Source: Cetorhinus maximus | Lineage: Eukaryota | Assembly (NCBI RefSeq): GCF_964194155.1 | Contig: NC_135898.1 | Location: 58,218,001 to 58,282,000, forward strand | Direction: 5' to 3' | DNA length: 64,000 nucleotides | In this document: positions 37,251 to 51,100 of the stretch, piece by piece | Numbering within the stretch: position 1 is the stretch's first letter | How the letters are laid out: each line of letters opens with the position of its first letter | The notes under the pieces: model-generated | The model's database searches: none | What the model saw: only the letters and a program-made list of their open reading frames with translations | Told to the model about the DNA's origin: nothing | Position numbers and translations under genes: made by a program

Positions 37251-37942
37251 GAGGCCAACGACTGCAGCAACATGAGCTGCTGTAGGGATTTCTTGGGGAA
37301 GCATCCTTGGCATGGCCATCTTCAGCTGCTTCATTGGTGATATTTCCTAAATGATAATGCCAGAAATTGGGCCGCTCACTGACTATTCCATAAAGTTCAA
37401 TTCCATTCTCAATTTCTTGTATCATGAAGCAGCCTAAGCCAACAAAATACATGCTTGGGTTGACAAGTGGTAGGGAATGTTAGTGCCACACAAGTTCCAG
37501 GCATTTTGCATTTCCCAACAACAAAAGGCTGTGACACCTCTCCCTGACCTTTAATGGTACCATCATCACATAAACTTCCACCATGAATATTTTGATGGGT
37601 GGTTGCCATTGAGCAGATGCCTACCTGGATCAGCCATATCAATAGCTACAGAAGTTGAGTAAAGACTGGTACTCTGTAATGAGTGGTTCAATGTCCTTGT
37701 CCCCAACTCTGCAACATTGCTACTTACTCAATCCCCTTCCTTGGACACTGTATCCAACTGAATTGGCATCCTATTCAACTCTCAACTGAGTTTTCAACCC
37801 CATATCCTCTCCGTTGCAAAGACCATGTACTTCAACCTCCATAAAATTACGTACCTCTGCTCAACCTCAGCTCATCTGCTGTTGAAGCCCTCATCTAGGC
37901 CCTGGACTCCTCCAAACTCCATTGCCATTGTTGTGTTGATGG

Positions 37943-38919
37943 TGTTACATTTAAGAGGTTTATCAGATTCTGTTATGTTTTAGAGCTGTGTTTTAATTTA
38001 AGCTAAAATGAAAATAGTCATGTGACCTGTTCTGAAGTCAGCCTGACAGCAAGCCTAGGTAGTTTGATTGTTAGAGATTAAAGGGGGGCCCAAATTGTTT
38101 TACTGGGAAGAAGGTGCAAGGTGTTTACACTTGGAGACAATGGCAGCAGCCCATATGCTAACAATGGATAGACTGAGTGTCTCCAAAGTGCCAGAAAAGT
38201 GTTGAGAATGTCAGGTTGTAAACAGTCCACTTTAAACTGTCCCTTTTCTTCCAAGATAAAAGAGAGTTGGAGGTCTCAAGAATAGCTAATCAGCATTTCT
38301 ATCTCGAAACAGGGCTCATATTATTCACATTCCCATGGCGATGGGCTTTAAGAGGGGAAGGGTCTAAGATACCTCTGAAAACTCACAGACAAGGAGAGGG
38401 AAAGCAGCTATAGGCAGCAAGATACTGTGGTGCACTGTGCAGGAATGAAGGTCGGAGCTTGTGGGTTTGAAAAGACCAAATTTAGAAGAATTTAAACCGG
38501 GCTGGAAGATTCGCCTAGCTTGCGCTAAAAGAAGAATCTCCAGAGAAAGCCTTTCACCGTAAAGACAGTCTGAGATTAGAAGTTCTCAGACTGAGAAAGG
38601 GAAAGAACAGAAGTAAACTGGCAGGAGTTAAGAATCACTTTGGACTAGTTCTAAGAGAATTGAATGTCTACATGAAGGACAGTGTAAAGTATACCTGTGA
38701 AATGTGTTTTTAATTGTGTTAAAAGAAAAGGGGGGGGATGTTCTGTTTTGTGGGTTAATGTAAAAGTTGCCTACAAAGACACTGTTTAGTCAATAGGGCT
38801 TTTAGTGTCTTGTCACAGTAGTTGTCTTAAAACATGAAATCTTGTGTCATTCTTTCAGCTATTTACTGTAAGTTTGAATTGCTTTTTCAAAGTTATCAGC
38901 CTCTGCAGGGATTGTAATA
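37943..38919. mobile_element. Solo LTR (977 bp) inserted in an L2 fragment
   Basis: TGTTAC...GTAATA termini. 4-bp TSD ATGG at 37939-37942 and 38920-38923. Flanks join into L2 sequence. Confidence 0.75.
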
Positions 38920-39689
38920 ATGGCTTCTAAACTCTAGCTCAACCAAAACTCAACATATCCTTTTGTGTTCACTTATCACCTTTATCCCTGATGACTTGTA
39001 TTGGCCCATGCTCCACAAAAACCTTAAATTTAAGATTCGTCTTGCGTTTAAATTCTTCCATGGCTTTCTTCCTCCTTACCTCAGTAATCTCCAGCCCTTC
39101 AAACCTGCCCCCGTCCCATACCTGAACATCTTTTGCATCTGTACAATTGGCACCTGTACCTTCAGATCATCTATTTATCACGCCCTGGAATTTCTTCCAT
39201 AAACATTTCCCCTCTCCACTTCTTTCTTATTAACTATCCTTAAAATTCACTCCTTTGACCAAAATTTTGTTCATCTGTCATACTGTCTCCTTCTTTGGCT
39301 TGGCATCCGTTTTCTCTTTGCAGCTCTGTGAAGGATCTTGGGACATTTCTCTATGTTCATGATGCTATATAATTACGAGTTTTTGTTGGAATAACATTGA
39401 AAATGCTCAACGTCTTCCCAGTATAGAACAAATTACAGCCCCTATCATGAACTTAATATCCACACATACTATCATTGACACACAATAACTGCATCATGTG
39501 CTATTTGTAGCATGTAGTGCAGCAACTCACCAAGCTAACTTCAACAGCACTGCCCTCTCTTGAAATTGCTGCTGGTAATAAGAAGAACGGAAATGTTTTC
39601 AGAACAACAACAGCTCCAGATTCCTACAAAAAACATCTTGGACATATAATGCCATTCTTTCAATGTTGAGTTTTGCTGAAAAAAAGGGG

Positions 39690-40745
39690 ACATTTTACAT
39701 CTTGCACTCATCAGGACAATTCACAAGAATTCCAAATGGTAAAGGGAACAACAATTTAGACTGTATGAGAAGAGAGTACTGATTAGTTGGCAAGTGGATT
39801 CGGATTGATAATGACGTTGCCATGGAGAATGCACCAGTTGAGGGTGATTGACAGTTAACTGCCAAACATTGTTTGAAATTTAAACCAGGCAGCTTGACTT
39901 TGGCCAAGGCATTGCCCTGAGGAATGAACCAGCGAATGGCTGCCACTTATTTTGTTTAGCTGAAGCAAGTGCAATGTGTGTACATGTTCTTTCTGTCTGC
40001 AAAGAACAGGGCCCTGTGTCTTAACATATACGGCTTCCAGTGCATGCAAATGTGCCACATTGGGAGCTCGACTGACAATCTTAACTTGGTTGTCAGTGTA
40101 ATTCTTAACACACTGAGGATTGTTTAGCAAATGTTGTCCAGTTGTGGAATCACATCTAATGTTTGGCACACAGGCTGGTTGGGTACGGCCTGTACCTTGC
40201 CCATTGGGAACATTGGAAAGGACATGCTGTTTGATACGATCCACCAACCTTTGAGCGTACGGCTTATATACCTGGCATCACAGTGGCTCTGAAATTCATA
40301 TATCACTTGACTCATTTGTGTGATAAGCAGAACGTCTTTTTGGCTTGATGGCAGCAACCTGTTAGGGCAAATACCACCTGTGTTGCTACTGCATAGTAGC
40401 AGCGTGAAACAGCCAGCTTCACTGTTGCTCAAATTCTTGAGATACCTTGCCCTTTCATGGTAACCTGAGGTAGACTGGGCACTTTTCAGGCCGAAGTGAT
40501 GGCCTTAGATCCACTCATGAGTTTGTCATGCGACATACAGCATGAAATGCTCTGATGAGGGTAGCCATTATCCCACAGGATGCCTTTGATGTGCCTTTTT
40601 TCCACATAGAGTTTACATGGTGAGCAAATGACTTAGGTCCCAATTACAAGGTTGCGATAAGGCCAATCATATTGAATGTGGAACTGTAAGAATCCCAACG
40701 CATACATTGGCCAATGAAGGTAGGCTTGGGTAGACCGTGGTTTAC
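39690..40745 (-). mobile_element. Penelope-like element (second family), GIY-YIG region + 3' terminus
   Basis: ORF 40124-40432 VIYEFQSHCDARYISRT (GIY-YIG-like) and ORF 39855-40247 GQHLLNNPQC..LEAVYVKTQGPVLCRQKE. CTGATGAG hammerhead core near 39707-39714. Confidence 0.8.
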
Positions 40746-42526
40746 CGACAAAAATGTCTCCCTTTTATTTCAGCAATACTCAAGTTCTGTATTACCTAAT
40801 GACTATCTTTCAAAGTTACTGAATCAGTATCCTGATTTCTTGCATCATTGTAGAAGCACCATCACCAGAATGACTGCAATGCATCAAGAAGGCCCACCAT
40901 CATATTCGCAGGGCAAGTAACAGTAAGCAATTTGTGGGGCTTCATAAATGTTATCCCCGTCCAGAGAATGAATAAAAACTAATGAAGTTGTGGCCTGAAC
41001 TCTTGTGTGAAATTGTTTTATAATTAGTTGTCAGTGTTATTTATTTTTGTCTGGTATTAAGCATAATTTGTTGTTATCCTGACACGAAAGTATTGATCAA
41101 TTTGTGTGCTCATCACAATCTCCTATGTTCTGATATACTATATTTGCTAAATTTAGGGTTCGTTGTCAGGATTATTGAAATTTCCAGAAGAACATACCCT
41201 TATAGGAAAAACACCTGGTGTAGCCATGAGCACTTGTAAGCATTTCTGTTGTGTATTCATGAAATATCATGTTTGTTCTTTGAACAATGTCAATCCATCA
41301 ACAACCTGACTAGATTTTAAACGTCCAAGGTCTGGAGTAATTGAAAATCCTTTTACTATTTTATTGTTTACTATTTTGGACCACCTTATGTTGTTTTTGT
41401 TCTCCAATCCTCTCTGTTGGGAATAAAATATTTTCATTTACGAAGGTTAAACTATATGAATTATGGCTTTAGTCATTAAGTTTTGTCCCTATAGAAGAAT
41501 TTATGAGACTAGTCAAGCATTTATCTTGTTCTTCAGTGAAGTATGTGTAGATAATCAAATAATAAGTGTATGACTGAGTTTTAGCAGATTATAATGTTGA
41601 CAAAAAAACCATGAAGTTTAGTGCTGAAACTGATTGATAGGCTTTTGCTGTAGCATTCAACTGAAAATGCTTGGCTTGATATAAAATTCAATTGATGATA
41701 CCTTAGGTCCAGAAGTCAGACAGCACATGAAAATCGATGTAAAACTATTTTGATGCAAAATGGGTCCTCCTATTATTTGTTTCAATTTGGTGAATTGGGA
41801 TTTTACATTAATCACATTTATGTTTTGAGTTGCTATGTGATGACTTCGAGGAAGCCTTTTTGTAGAATTATCCACATGAAACCTCTTAGGCAAGGTACTA
41901 GTTCAATCATGAACTATGTTGGAATGTTTCTGTTGTTCTCCAATATTCAGCTGCTCTTTGCTTTTAATTTCCCAGTGCTGTGTAACATAATTTACAGAAA
42001 ATTCTATTTTTTTTCCTTGTGGTGGAAAGGAAACAGTTCATTTGTCGGCATTCTGTTATTAAACCCTTAAGCCTGTGTTGCCTTTAATAATCAGCTCGTG
42101 AACTGGTAAGTAAAGAAAATTACACGTTGAGGTAATTAACAACAGTATGCTTGTTTTTAGTTAAAAGCATACCATGGAAGATACACTTGGATTGCAGAGT
42201 GCTGGCTTTGTAAATGTATGAGTTAGTGATGGGGTTCTGCCAGTTCTCTACCAGGGAATTAGTGGTAAAAGGTGCACAATCCTATTTCACGCTGTACCTT
42301 TTACAATCAACAGGGAGGCATATTTGCTCATTAGCCTAATATGTAGTCAAACCAGGTCCGAAAGGTGATGGTATGCTAAATAGTTATACCCCTATTAGAT
42401 TTTTAAAAATTGCGTTATTAAATTATATACCATATTGCTGAAAGCTCATCCACGTTCTTTATCTCAATCCTAAAGGAAACAGTGTTACTGACATTTTCTC
42501 ATTTTCTGTTTCTTTCTTGCTAATAG

Positions 42527-42700
42527 ACATGGAGTGGCTGTGGAATCAGGATGCCTCTCGAGACCTCCTATTAGCGATTCATCCACCAAACTACATCGTC
42601 CTTTGGAATGCAGATACAGGCACCAAATTGTGGAAGAAAAGCTATGCAGAAAACATACTTTCCTTTTCGTTTGATCCCTTTGAGCTATCAAATTTAGCTT
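42527..42700 (+). CDS. WDR11: WDR11 coding exon 4 (DMEWLWNQDASRDLLLAIHPPNYIVLWNADTGTKLWKKSYAENILSFSFDPFELSNLA)
   Basis: Polypyrimidine tract + taatag acceptor, T|GTAAGT donor, 174 bp; near-identical to recalled WDR11. Confidence 0.97.
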
Positions 42701-43403
42701 GTAAGTTGATTCCTCTTTCTCCTTAAATAGAAGGTAGTGCATGCAAAGTAAGACAATTCATTCGGCAAGGCAGGATTAAAACTTGATTTGCTATTACAGT
42801 GGAACATCCTTCTAATTACAATTATTTCTGTAGAACAATTATAATACACGATCTATTACAATTTAATAATTTACAATAACTGAAATGTAATGGATTAAAT
42901 TTTAAACCCTGAGGGATTATAGAGGGTATCCCTATCTTGGGGATTCACAAGAAATAAGCTGCAAGTTTATTTTCCTATAAACCTTAAACAAGCCTTAGAA
43001 ACTGTTCATCTCTGATTCAATATATTGAATAATTAGGGTGTTGGAAACATTTGACAATGTGGTGAAAGGGAAATTAGGGATAGGCAATAATGCTGGCCTA
43101 GCCAGCAGTGCCCACATCCCATGAATGAATAAAGAAAAACATATCTTTTCCTGGTTTCACAACTGCACAGAATTTGGTAAGAAATGTAAAAATGGTTGAC
43201 CTAGTTTTGTGGGGGTGGTGCTTGCGAGCGACTACATTTTAAAAAAGAAAAACCTAAAGATGTTTAGTTGCAGCGTCCCTGTGTGACTTCCCTACTTTCA
43301 TATTAATGCGGAGTAGAACTTCATTATCTTGTTTTCTACCACTTTCAGTGCCAGTTCAGCATTCCAAGGCTGACATATGCTACACTTGCTACTCTGAAAC
43401 TAG

Positions 43404-44039
43404 GGGCAGGAGTTTCGGGTTGTCGGCCGGGTGCAGCAGGCGGGCCGGGAGTAGCTGGGAAATGGCCAGCCAACGTGAAAGGCGTGCTGAGAAGCTCGGT
43501 GCTGTCGGGGTGGGGGCGGGAGGAGGGCAAGTGCCGAAGACTGCGCATGCGCGGGGGAGCGTGAAATGAAAGCACCCTGAAAGCAGAGAGCTGCCTCAGG
43601 GAGCTGAAGAATATAAAATGCTTAAATAAAGATGTGGAAAATGTGAGAAAAATGTCCGCACATAGGAGTCTCTCACATGAACATAGACATAATAAAAATT
43701 CTGTCAAAACATTTTTACTTTTTTTTAATTAACATCAGAAGCCTTATCCCGCCCATCGATGAGGTTTCCTCAAAAATGCAAAGGCCGCCTGATCAATTCG
43801 CCTGCCCGCCAACTGTAAGGTTGGACAGGCAACGAAGAATTGCAGTTAATTAATTGATTAATGGCCTTAATAGGCCTCCTAATTGTCAGTGGGCGCGCTG
43901 CTGACTCTCGCATGCCCGCTGACCTAAATATCGCCTAAGTGCATGATGACATCGGGACGCTCACCCAACATCATCATGGGCTATTTTACACCCAACCAGG
44001 TTGGGCGTGCGCCCGCCTGCGGGCGGTAAAATTCTGCCC
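43404..44039. mobile_element. Non-autonomous DNA transposon (PIF/Harbinger-like MITE)
   Basis: Imperfect TIRs GGGCAGGAGTTT / AAAATTCTGCCC. 3-bp TSD TAG at 43401-43403 and 44040-44042. CpG-rich with no transposase ORF. Confidence 0.7.
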
Positions 44040-44639
44040 TAGGTGTGGATTGTATTGTACAGTGCAGACCCATGTGGTACTGCAGGTGGTATATCATTGG
44101 ATCTTGGGCTGAACCCAGTAAGAAAAGAGCCCTGTCCTTGTGTATTTGTTTTATGCTACATTAGTCTATACTTAATGATTATAATGAAGCCGTTCAATTA
44201 TTCATGCATCTCCTACGTAAGGTACTTATTTTGAAATATTGGGATCAGTGTGTTAGCAAAGCAACTGAAGTATTATAAAAAAAAATTTCAACAGTATTTC
44301 ACCAACTTCTGGTTCAGAAATCATACATGATGCAATAAGTAAAGCGATAAGTAGTTGGACTGCCAGGACCCTTTTTAAGCTAACTACTTAGTCTTTAGAA
44401 TTTTGTAAGAATGTAGACGTGCTTGCTGGCTCCCAAATTACTAAAAACTTCAAAGCTGAAGAGTGGAGTTTTTCAAATGTGTATAAATACATATACGTGG
44501 AGCCTACTCCTGGCTAAGCTCAGTTATAGATCCAGGATGTGTATTTTTCAGAATAACACTATTTTTCACAGTGCAGATGGCAATCTACATATACTTGCCT
44601 AAGTGTTCAGGAGATTATTTTTTTAATCTGAATGTTTCC

Positions 44640-46250
44640 TACCTAACAAGTACATTGCTGGATTTAGTCCTGAGGAATAAAATGGGTCAAGATGAAAATG
44701 TCACAATTGGAGAGCATCTCAGGGATAGTGATCATAGTATTGTAAGGCAAAAATAGAGAAGGACAGGGGCAATATAGAATAAAAATACTTAACTGAAGGA
44801 GGGCTAATTTAAGTGAATTGATGGATCTGACCGAGATAAATTGGAGGCAAAGGCTGCTGGGCAGAAGTATAATGGAGCAATGAATCCACTTTAAAGGGGA
44901 GATGTTTTGAGTGCATGTTTCCTACATTGCAACAGTGACTACACTTCAAATACCCCTCATTGGCTGTAAAGCGCTTTGGAATATCCAGCGATTGTGAAAA
45001 GTGCTATATAAATGCAAGTTTTTCCTTTCAGTCTAGGTGCATCACTACATGGAGGAAAGGAAGGGCACCTGATAGGTTGGTGAATACAGATTCAATTGTA
45101 GCCTTCAAAAGGGATTAGATTATGTACTTGAAAGTGAAAAAATTGCAGGGATGGTAGCTCTTCGAAAGATCCGGTACTGACTCAATGGGCTGAATGCCTC
45201 TTCTGTGCTGTACTATTCTATGATCCTATAATTAGAATGGCAGTTTTGCATTGCTGTTCCCTTGTTGAAAATTGAGTTATTTCATGGCTAAGATTATAAG
45301 AGCACACGTATTGGACCCTATATTTGGCGACATCTGTTGGGAGATTGTCTTTTAGTACAAGAAACATTTCCAGAGGTGACACTAAGGAGAGAAAGAAAAA
45401 CAAACTTGTGTTATACAACATCTTTCTCAACCTCAGGATGTCCCAAAACACTAGAGCCAATGAAGTTTAGAAGAAGAATCACCATTGTAATGTAGGGAAA
45501 CAATGTGGGGTACAGGAGCATAGTGGTTACATTACTGGTAACAATCCAGGAGTCTCGACTAATGATATAGAGACATGTGTTCAAATCTCAGTATAGAGAC
45601 TGGGGAATTTAATTTCAATTAATTAAATGAAATATGGAATAAAAAGCTAGTATCAGTGATGTGACTGGATTGCCATAAAAACCCATCAGGTTCTCTAATA
45701 TCATTTAGGAAAGGAAATCTGCCATCCTTACCTGGTTTGGGCTATATGTGACTCCAGACCCATAATGCAGTTAACTCTTAACTGCCTTCAGAAATGGCCT
45801 AGTAAGCAACTTGGTTGTATTTGGGAAGTTGGCTCATCTTCACTTTTTCAGGGCCAATTAAGGAGGGATGATAAATGTTGGCCTTACCAACAATGCCCAT
45901 ATCCTGTGCGTATGGAAAAACATGCCAGACAATTTATGCAGGGCAAGGACCCACATCACTGATAAAATAATGACCAGATGATCCGCTTTATTGATGTCGG
46001 TTGAGGGACAAATAGTGGAAAGGGCATCGAGGAGCACTTGCCTTCTCTTCAAATAGTATCATGGGATCTTTACCTTCACCTAGGAAGACAGACGAGGTTT
46101 TAGTTTAACAGCTCACCTGAGCAAAGCCACCTACTGTGGTGCTGCACTGAGGGGTCAGGCCTACATACCCAAGTCTCTGGAGTGGGACATGAGCTTGCAA
46201 CCGTCTGATTCAATGGGGAGAGTGTTACCACTGAGCCAAGGCTGACACCT
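44640..46250. mobile_element. Old CR1 fragments and two SINE copies
   Basis: LLDLVLRNKMGQ..GEHLRDSDH (CR1 APE end); tRNA-headed SINE at ~45500-45910 (+); Deu-like SINE at ~45960-46250 (-). Confidence 0.6.
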
Positions 46251-46920
46251 GTGGCTGATGTTTTAACAATAACACTTTCTAGCTACTGAAAACTGTTTTC
46301 AAATTAATTTAAAATGCTGCAGTGCAAACATGAAACAAAACCTACTTTTTATGTTTGCAGGCTATATGACAGATTATTGGAACATTCTTATTTTACAGGT
46401 TGTGTTCAGTCTTGAACATGTTGCTGTGAAGATGGCCTGCTGTGTTTAGTGTTCCAAGTTGCTGTGCTATAGCAAATAGCACACAAGCTAACTGCTACAA
46501 TTTTAGCTCAGACTGAGTTCATTATTGGTGGGAGGCAATGAGTGAAGGTGAAGTGTTTCTCTGCAGAGAGAAGAAATTAATTGGGAAATTGCCATGGGCA
46601 TTTTTATTCTGCAAATCTCTTGGTGGCTGGCTAGAGAGTACATTATTATTTTTAGGTAAAATTTCTTGCATTGTAACTCAGAAAGGTAAAAAATAATTGA
46701 TATAGAACAAGGAAGAACGTGCAGGGTTACAGGGAGCGGGTGGGAGAAAGGCACTAGGTGAATTGCTCATTCAGAGAGCTGGTGCAGACACAATGGACTG
46801 AATGGCTTCCTTCTGCGCTGTAACAATTCTGTGATTTTTTTTGAAGTTGGTATAAAAAAAAAGCTTTCCAAAGTTTTATTTTTACACTGAAACATATTTT
46901 CTGTTGTCTCCTATTTGTAG

Positions 46921-47104
46921 TGTTGACCAGTGAGGGTATAGTGTTTGTCTCAGATTTTTCACCATCCAAACCTCCCAGCAGTTCGGGGAAGAAGGTTTAC
47001 ATATCAAGCCCTCATTCAAGTCCTGCCCATATAAAACCAGCAGCCACTGGTGCCAAGAAAGCCTTAAACAGGGTGAAAATCCTCATCACTAATGAAAAAC
47101 CCAA
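46921..47104 (+). CDS. WDR11: WDR11 coding exon 5 (LLTSEGIVFVSDFSPSKPPSSSGKKVYISSPHSSPAHIKPAATGAKKALNRVKILITNEKP)
   Basis: tttgtag acceptor, AA|GTAAGT donor, 184 bp, frame continuous. Confidence 0.96.
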
Positions 47105-48187
47105 GTAAGTTACATTTTTAAGATAAAATGTTAGATTTTGCAAGCTCTATTTACAATTTGTCATTTTATTGAGAGAAAATTCCTTCACTGTAAATTCCCC
47201 CCTTCACCCATAAATCTGTATTCTAAATTTTATTTCCCCAGCACAGATATCACTTTCATGAGCTCAGCATTAACAAAATTAGAATTGCCCTATTTAATCT
47301 TAAAGTTTAATGTTTAGAGGTATTTAGCAATGTAGAAATTATACAATATCTCATGCATGATTAAAAATGTGTATTTTGGAAAGTAGAAGAAAAAAAATCA
47401 GTACTCAATAATTAATCTATTTTTAATGGCTATGTATTTGCAATTATATGATGTGTTAACCCAATTGCATTGACTTTTTTCGTAAAAGTTTCCTTGTGGT
47501 TAGACGTATTCGAACAAGACAGAATATTGATACTATTTATATATTAATTTTATAAAGCTTCCTGAAGGTGATCCCACTCCTTCCAAACAAATTTCCTTCT
47601 GTTAGATTTACCATTTTACACAGATAAATTGCCCATAAAAGCAAAATGTAAAACTACTTTTTTCATGCTCCAGTGCCTCAACTAATCACCAAGTATTTCA
47701 TCTTGATAAGAATTCTGTAAGTATATTGCTAAATAGTACAATAGGAAATGAAAATAAAATGTAACTAGCATTTCTTTTTTGAGAGTCTGGAGGGGAATTC
47801 AACTGATATTTGTATTGATACTTTAAATTGCACCATTATTAAAGTCCTAAGCATATTGGAGATGGGCAGCGAATGCTGGCCTTGCGTTGTCCACAATTTT
47901 GGGGGAGGTGGTGGCATAGTAGCACTGTCACTGGACTAGTATTCCAGAGACCCAGGGTAATGCTCTGGCCACCCGAGTTCAAATTCCACCACGGCAGATG
48001 GTGAAATTTGAATTCAATAAAAGTCTGAAATTAAAAGTCTGATGATGACCGTTAAAACATTGCTGATTGTTGTAAAAACCCATCTGATTCACTAATGTCC
48101 TTTAGGGAAAGAAATCTGCCATCCATACTTGGCCTGGCCTACTCCAGATCCACAGCAATTTGGTTGACTCTTAAATGCCCTCCGAAC

Positions 48188-51100
48188 AGAATCACAGAAT
48201 TTTAACAGCACAGAAGGAGGTCATTCGGCCCATCATGTCTGCACCAGCTCTCCAAATGAGCATTATGACCTAGTACCATTGCCCTGCCTTTTCCCCATAC
48301 CCTTGCACATTGTTTCTATTCAAATAATCATTTAATGCCCTCTTGAATGCCTCGATTGAACCTGCCTCCACCACACTTTCAGGCAGTGGTTGTTGTGTGA
48401 AAGTTTTTTCTCGCGTCACAGTTGCTTCTTTTGCAAATCACTTTAAATCTGTGCCCTCTTGTTCTTGATCCTTTTACAAGCTGGAACAGCTTCTCCCTAT
48501 CTACTCTGTCCAACCCCTCATGATTTTGAATATCTCTATCAAATCTCCTCATAGCCGCCTTCTCTCCAAGGAGCACAGTCCCAACCTCTCCAATCTATCC
48601 TCATATCTGAAGTTTCTCATTCCTGGAACCATTCTTTTAAATCTTCTGCACTGTCTCCAGTGTGTTCACATCCTTCCTATAATGTGGCAGCCCCAGAACT
48701 GTACACAATATTCCAGCTGAAGTTTAACGAGTGTTATATAAATTCAGCATAACCTCCCTGCTCTTGTACTCTATACCCCATATCATTAAATCCCAGGATA
48801 CTATTTGCTTTATTAACTGCTTTGTCCACCTGTTCTGCCACCTTCAGTGATTTATGCGTATATACGTCCAAGTCTTTCTGCTCCTGCATCTTCTTCAAAA
48901 TTTCATCCCTTATTTTATATTGTCTGTCGATGTTCTTCCTACCAAAATGCATCACCTCACACTTCTCTACATTGAACTTCATCTGCCACCAACTGCCCAC
49001 TCCACCAACTTGCCTATGTCCACTTGAAGTTCCACACCATTCTCCTCACAGTTCACAAAACATCCAAGTTTTGTATCATCCGCAAACTGTGAAATTGTCC
49101 CCTGCACATCAAGATTTAGATCATTAATATATATCAGGAAAAGCAAGAGTCCCAATACCGACCCCTGGGGAACTCCAGTACAAACCTTCCTCCAGCCTGA
49201 AAAATATCCTTTAACCATTACTCTCTGCTTCCTATTTTTCAGCTAATTTTGTATCTACTTTGCCACTGTCCCCTTTATTCCATGAGCAATAACTTTTCTC
49301 TCAAATCTGTTGTGTGGCACTGTGTCAAATGCCTTTTCAAAGTCCATGTACACCACATCAACAACATTATTTTCATTGGCCTTTTCTGTTACCTCTTCAA
49401 AAAACTCCAGCAAGTTAGTTAAACACGATTTCCCCTTTAGAAATCCATGCTGGTTCTTCCTTATTCCTTATCAACCAATATTTTTCCATGTGACTATTAA
49501 CTCTACCCCAATTGTATTTTCTACCTGACACTTGTCATAAGCACACTTTTTCTTTTTTATCTTAATTTCAGCCTCCTTTTTCATCCGGGGAGCTCTGAAT
49601 TTGTTTGCCCTACCTTTCCTTTTTGATGGAATATACCTTGACTGTGTCCAAACCAATTCTTATTTGAAGGTAGCACATTGTTCAGCTAAAGTTTTCCCTG
49701 CCACTCTTTTGTTCCAGTCTATCTAGCCCAGCTCCGTTCTTGCCCCATCGAAGTCGGCTCTTCTCCAGTTAATTACCCTTACTCTGGATTGCCTATTGTC
49801 CTTTTCTAACATCATCCTAAAATGTACAATACAATGATCACAGTCACCTAAATGTTCCCCCACTGACACTTGATCTACTTGGCCCACCTCATTTCCAAGA
49901 ACCATCTCTAACAGTGCATCTTTCCTTGTTGGATTGGACACATACTGCTGTAGAAAATTCACCTAAGCACAATTTAGAAACTTTTGCCCCTGTCTGCCCT
50001 TTACACTATATTATGATACAGCCGATGGTAAAGGCTTTGTTGTTCAAACCCCAGAGGGAAACTTGAAACAACTGTCATAACCCATTTTTGAAATTTGTAT
50101 GTTTTGAGATGCAGGTTTTGAATTCAGTAGTAATAAGACCACTGAGTCTTAAGGGTTTTTTATAAAACTAAATTAAACATTTATTAATACAAGAAAGATT
50201 GTAAGCACATACATATGTCTACAAAATTACTACTATGATAACTACAAAAAACCCCTAATTAATCTGACTCAGTTACACCCCTGGTACGGCAACAGTAAAA
50301 CACCCAGATTTAAACAGACCCCTGGTAAAGCACATCCTGGACAGTCGCATTTAAAATGAGTCTCTTTCAGCTCTGCGTCCTTGCAGACAGACTTGAGGCT
50401 AAAAGGCTGGAGGCTTTAGTTCATCGAATCCCTCCTCCTTTTACCAATAGCCTTCTCTTCCTTTATACATATTTTCCTCTTTGAATGCAAATTCTCATTG
50501 TCACTAGGTTTTTTTAACTTTAAATCTTCTAACAATAAATCCCATTCATAATACCCACTTTACTAGTAAGCTTTGAAAAAAAATAAACATTGTTTCTGAG
50601 TTTCAGCTGGTTAGGTGTAATATTTCACCCGCTCTTTTGAATGTCCTATTTAAAAATGCAAAATACCCCCTTTACACCTCACCTTCTATTTCCTATGTTT
50701 ATCTAATTACCATTTCAAATCTACTTCCCTTCTATACATCAAAGCCTCTAGACCAGCTGACTTTAATCCAATTAAGACATACACATATACATAGACACAG
50801 ACACCTCTAAACTCTATTTTAAAATAATTTCCAATAACATTATTATATCTTCTTGACACACTACCACTATCCCAGTCTACATTTGGGTAATTAAAGCCCC
50901 CCCCATCATAACTACTCTATAATGCTTGCATCACTCTGATTTCCCTGCAGATTTGTTCTTCTACCTCCTCCTCACTATTGGGCGGTCTATAGACTACACC
51001 GAGCAACGTAATTGCACCCTTTTTGTTCCTTAGCTCTAGCCAAATTGATTCTGTCCTTGAATCCTCTGGGACGTCCTCTTTCTCCAGCGCTGCAATGCTC

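Noticed and set aside
43306-44039. Intronic CpG island / internal promoter or gene
   Set aside because: The CpG richness is explained by a TIR- and TSD-bounded MITE.
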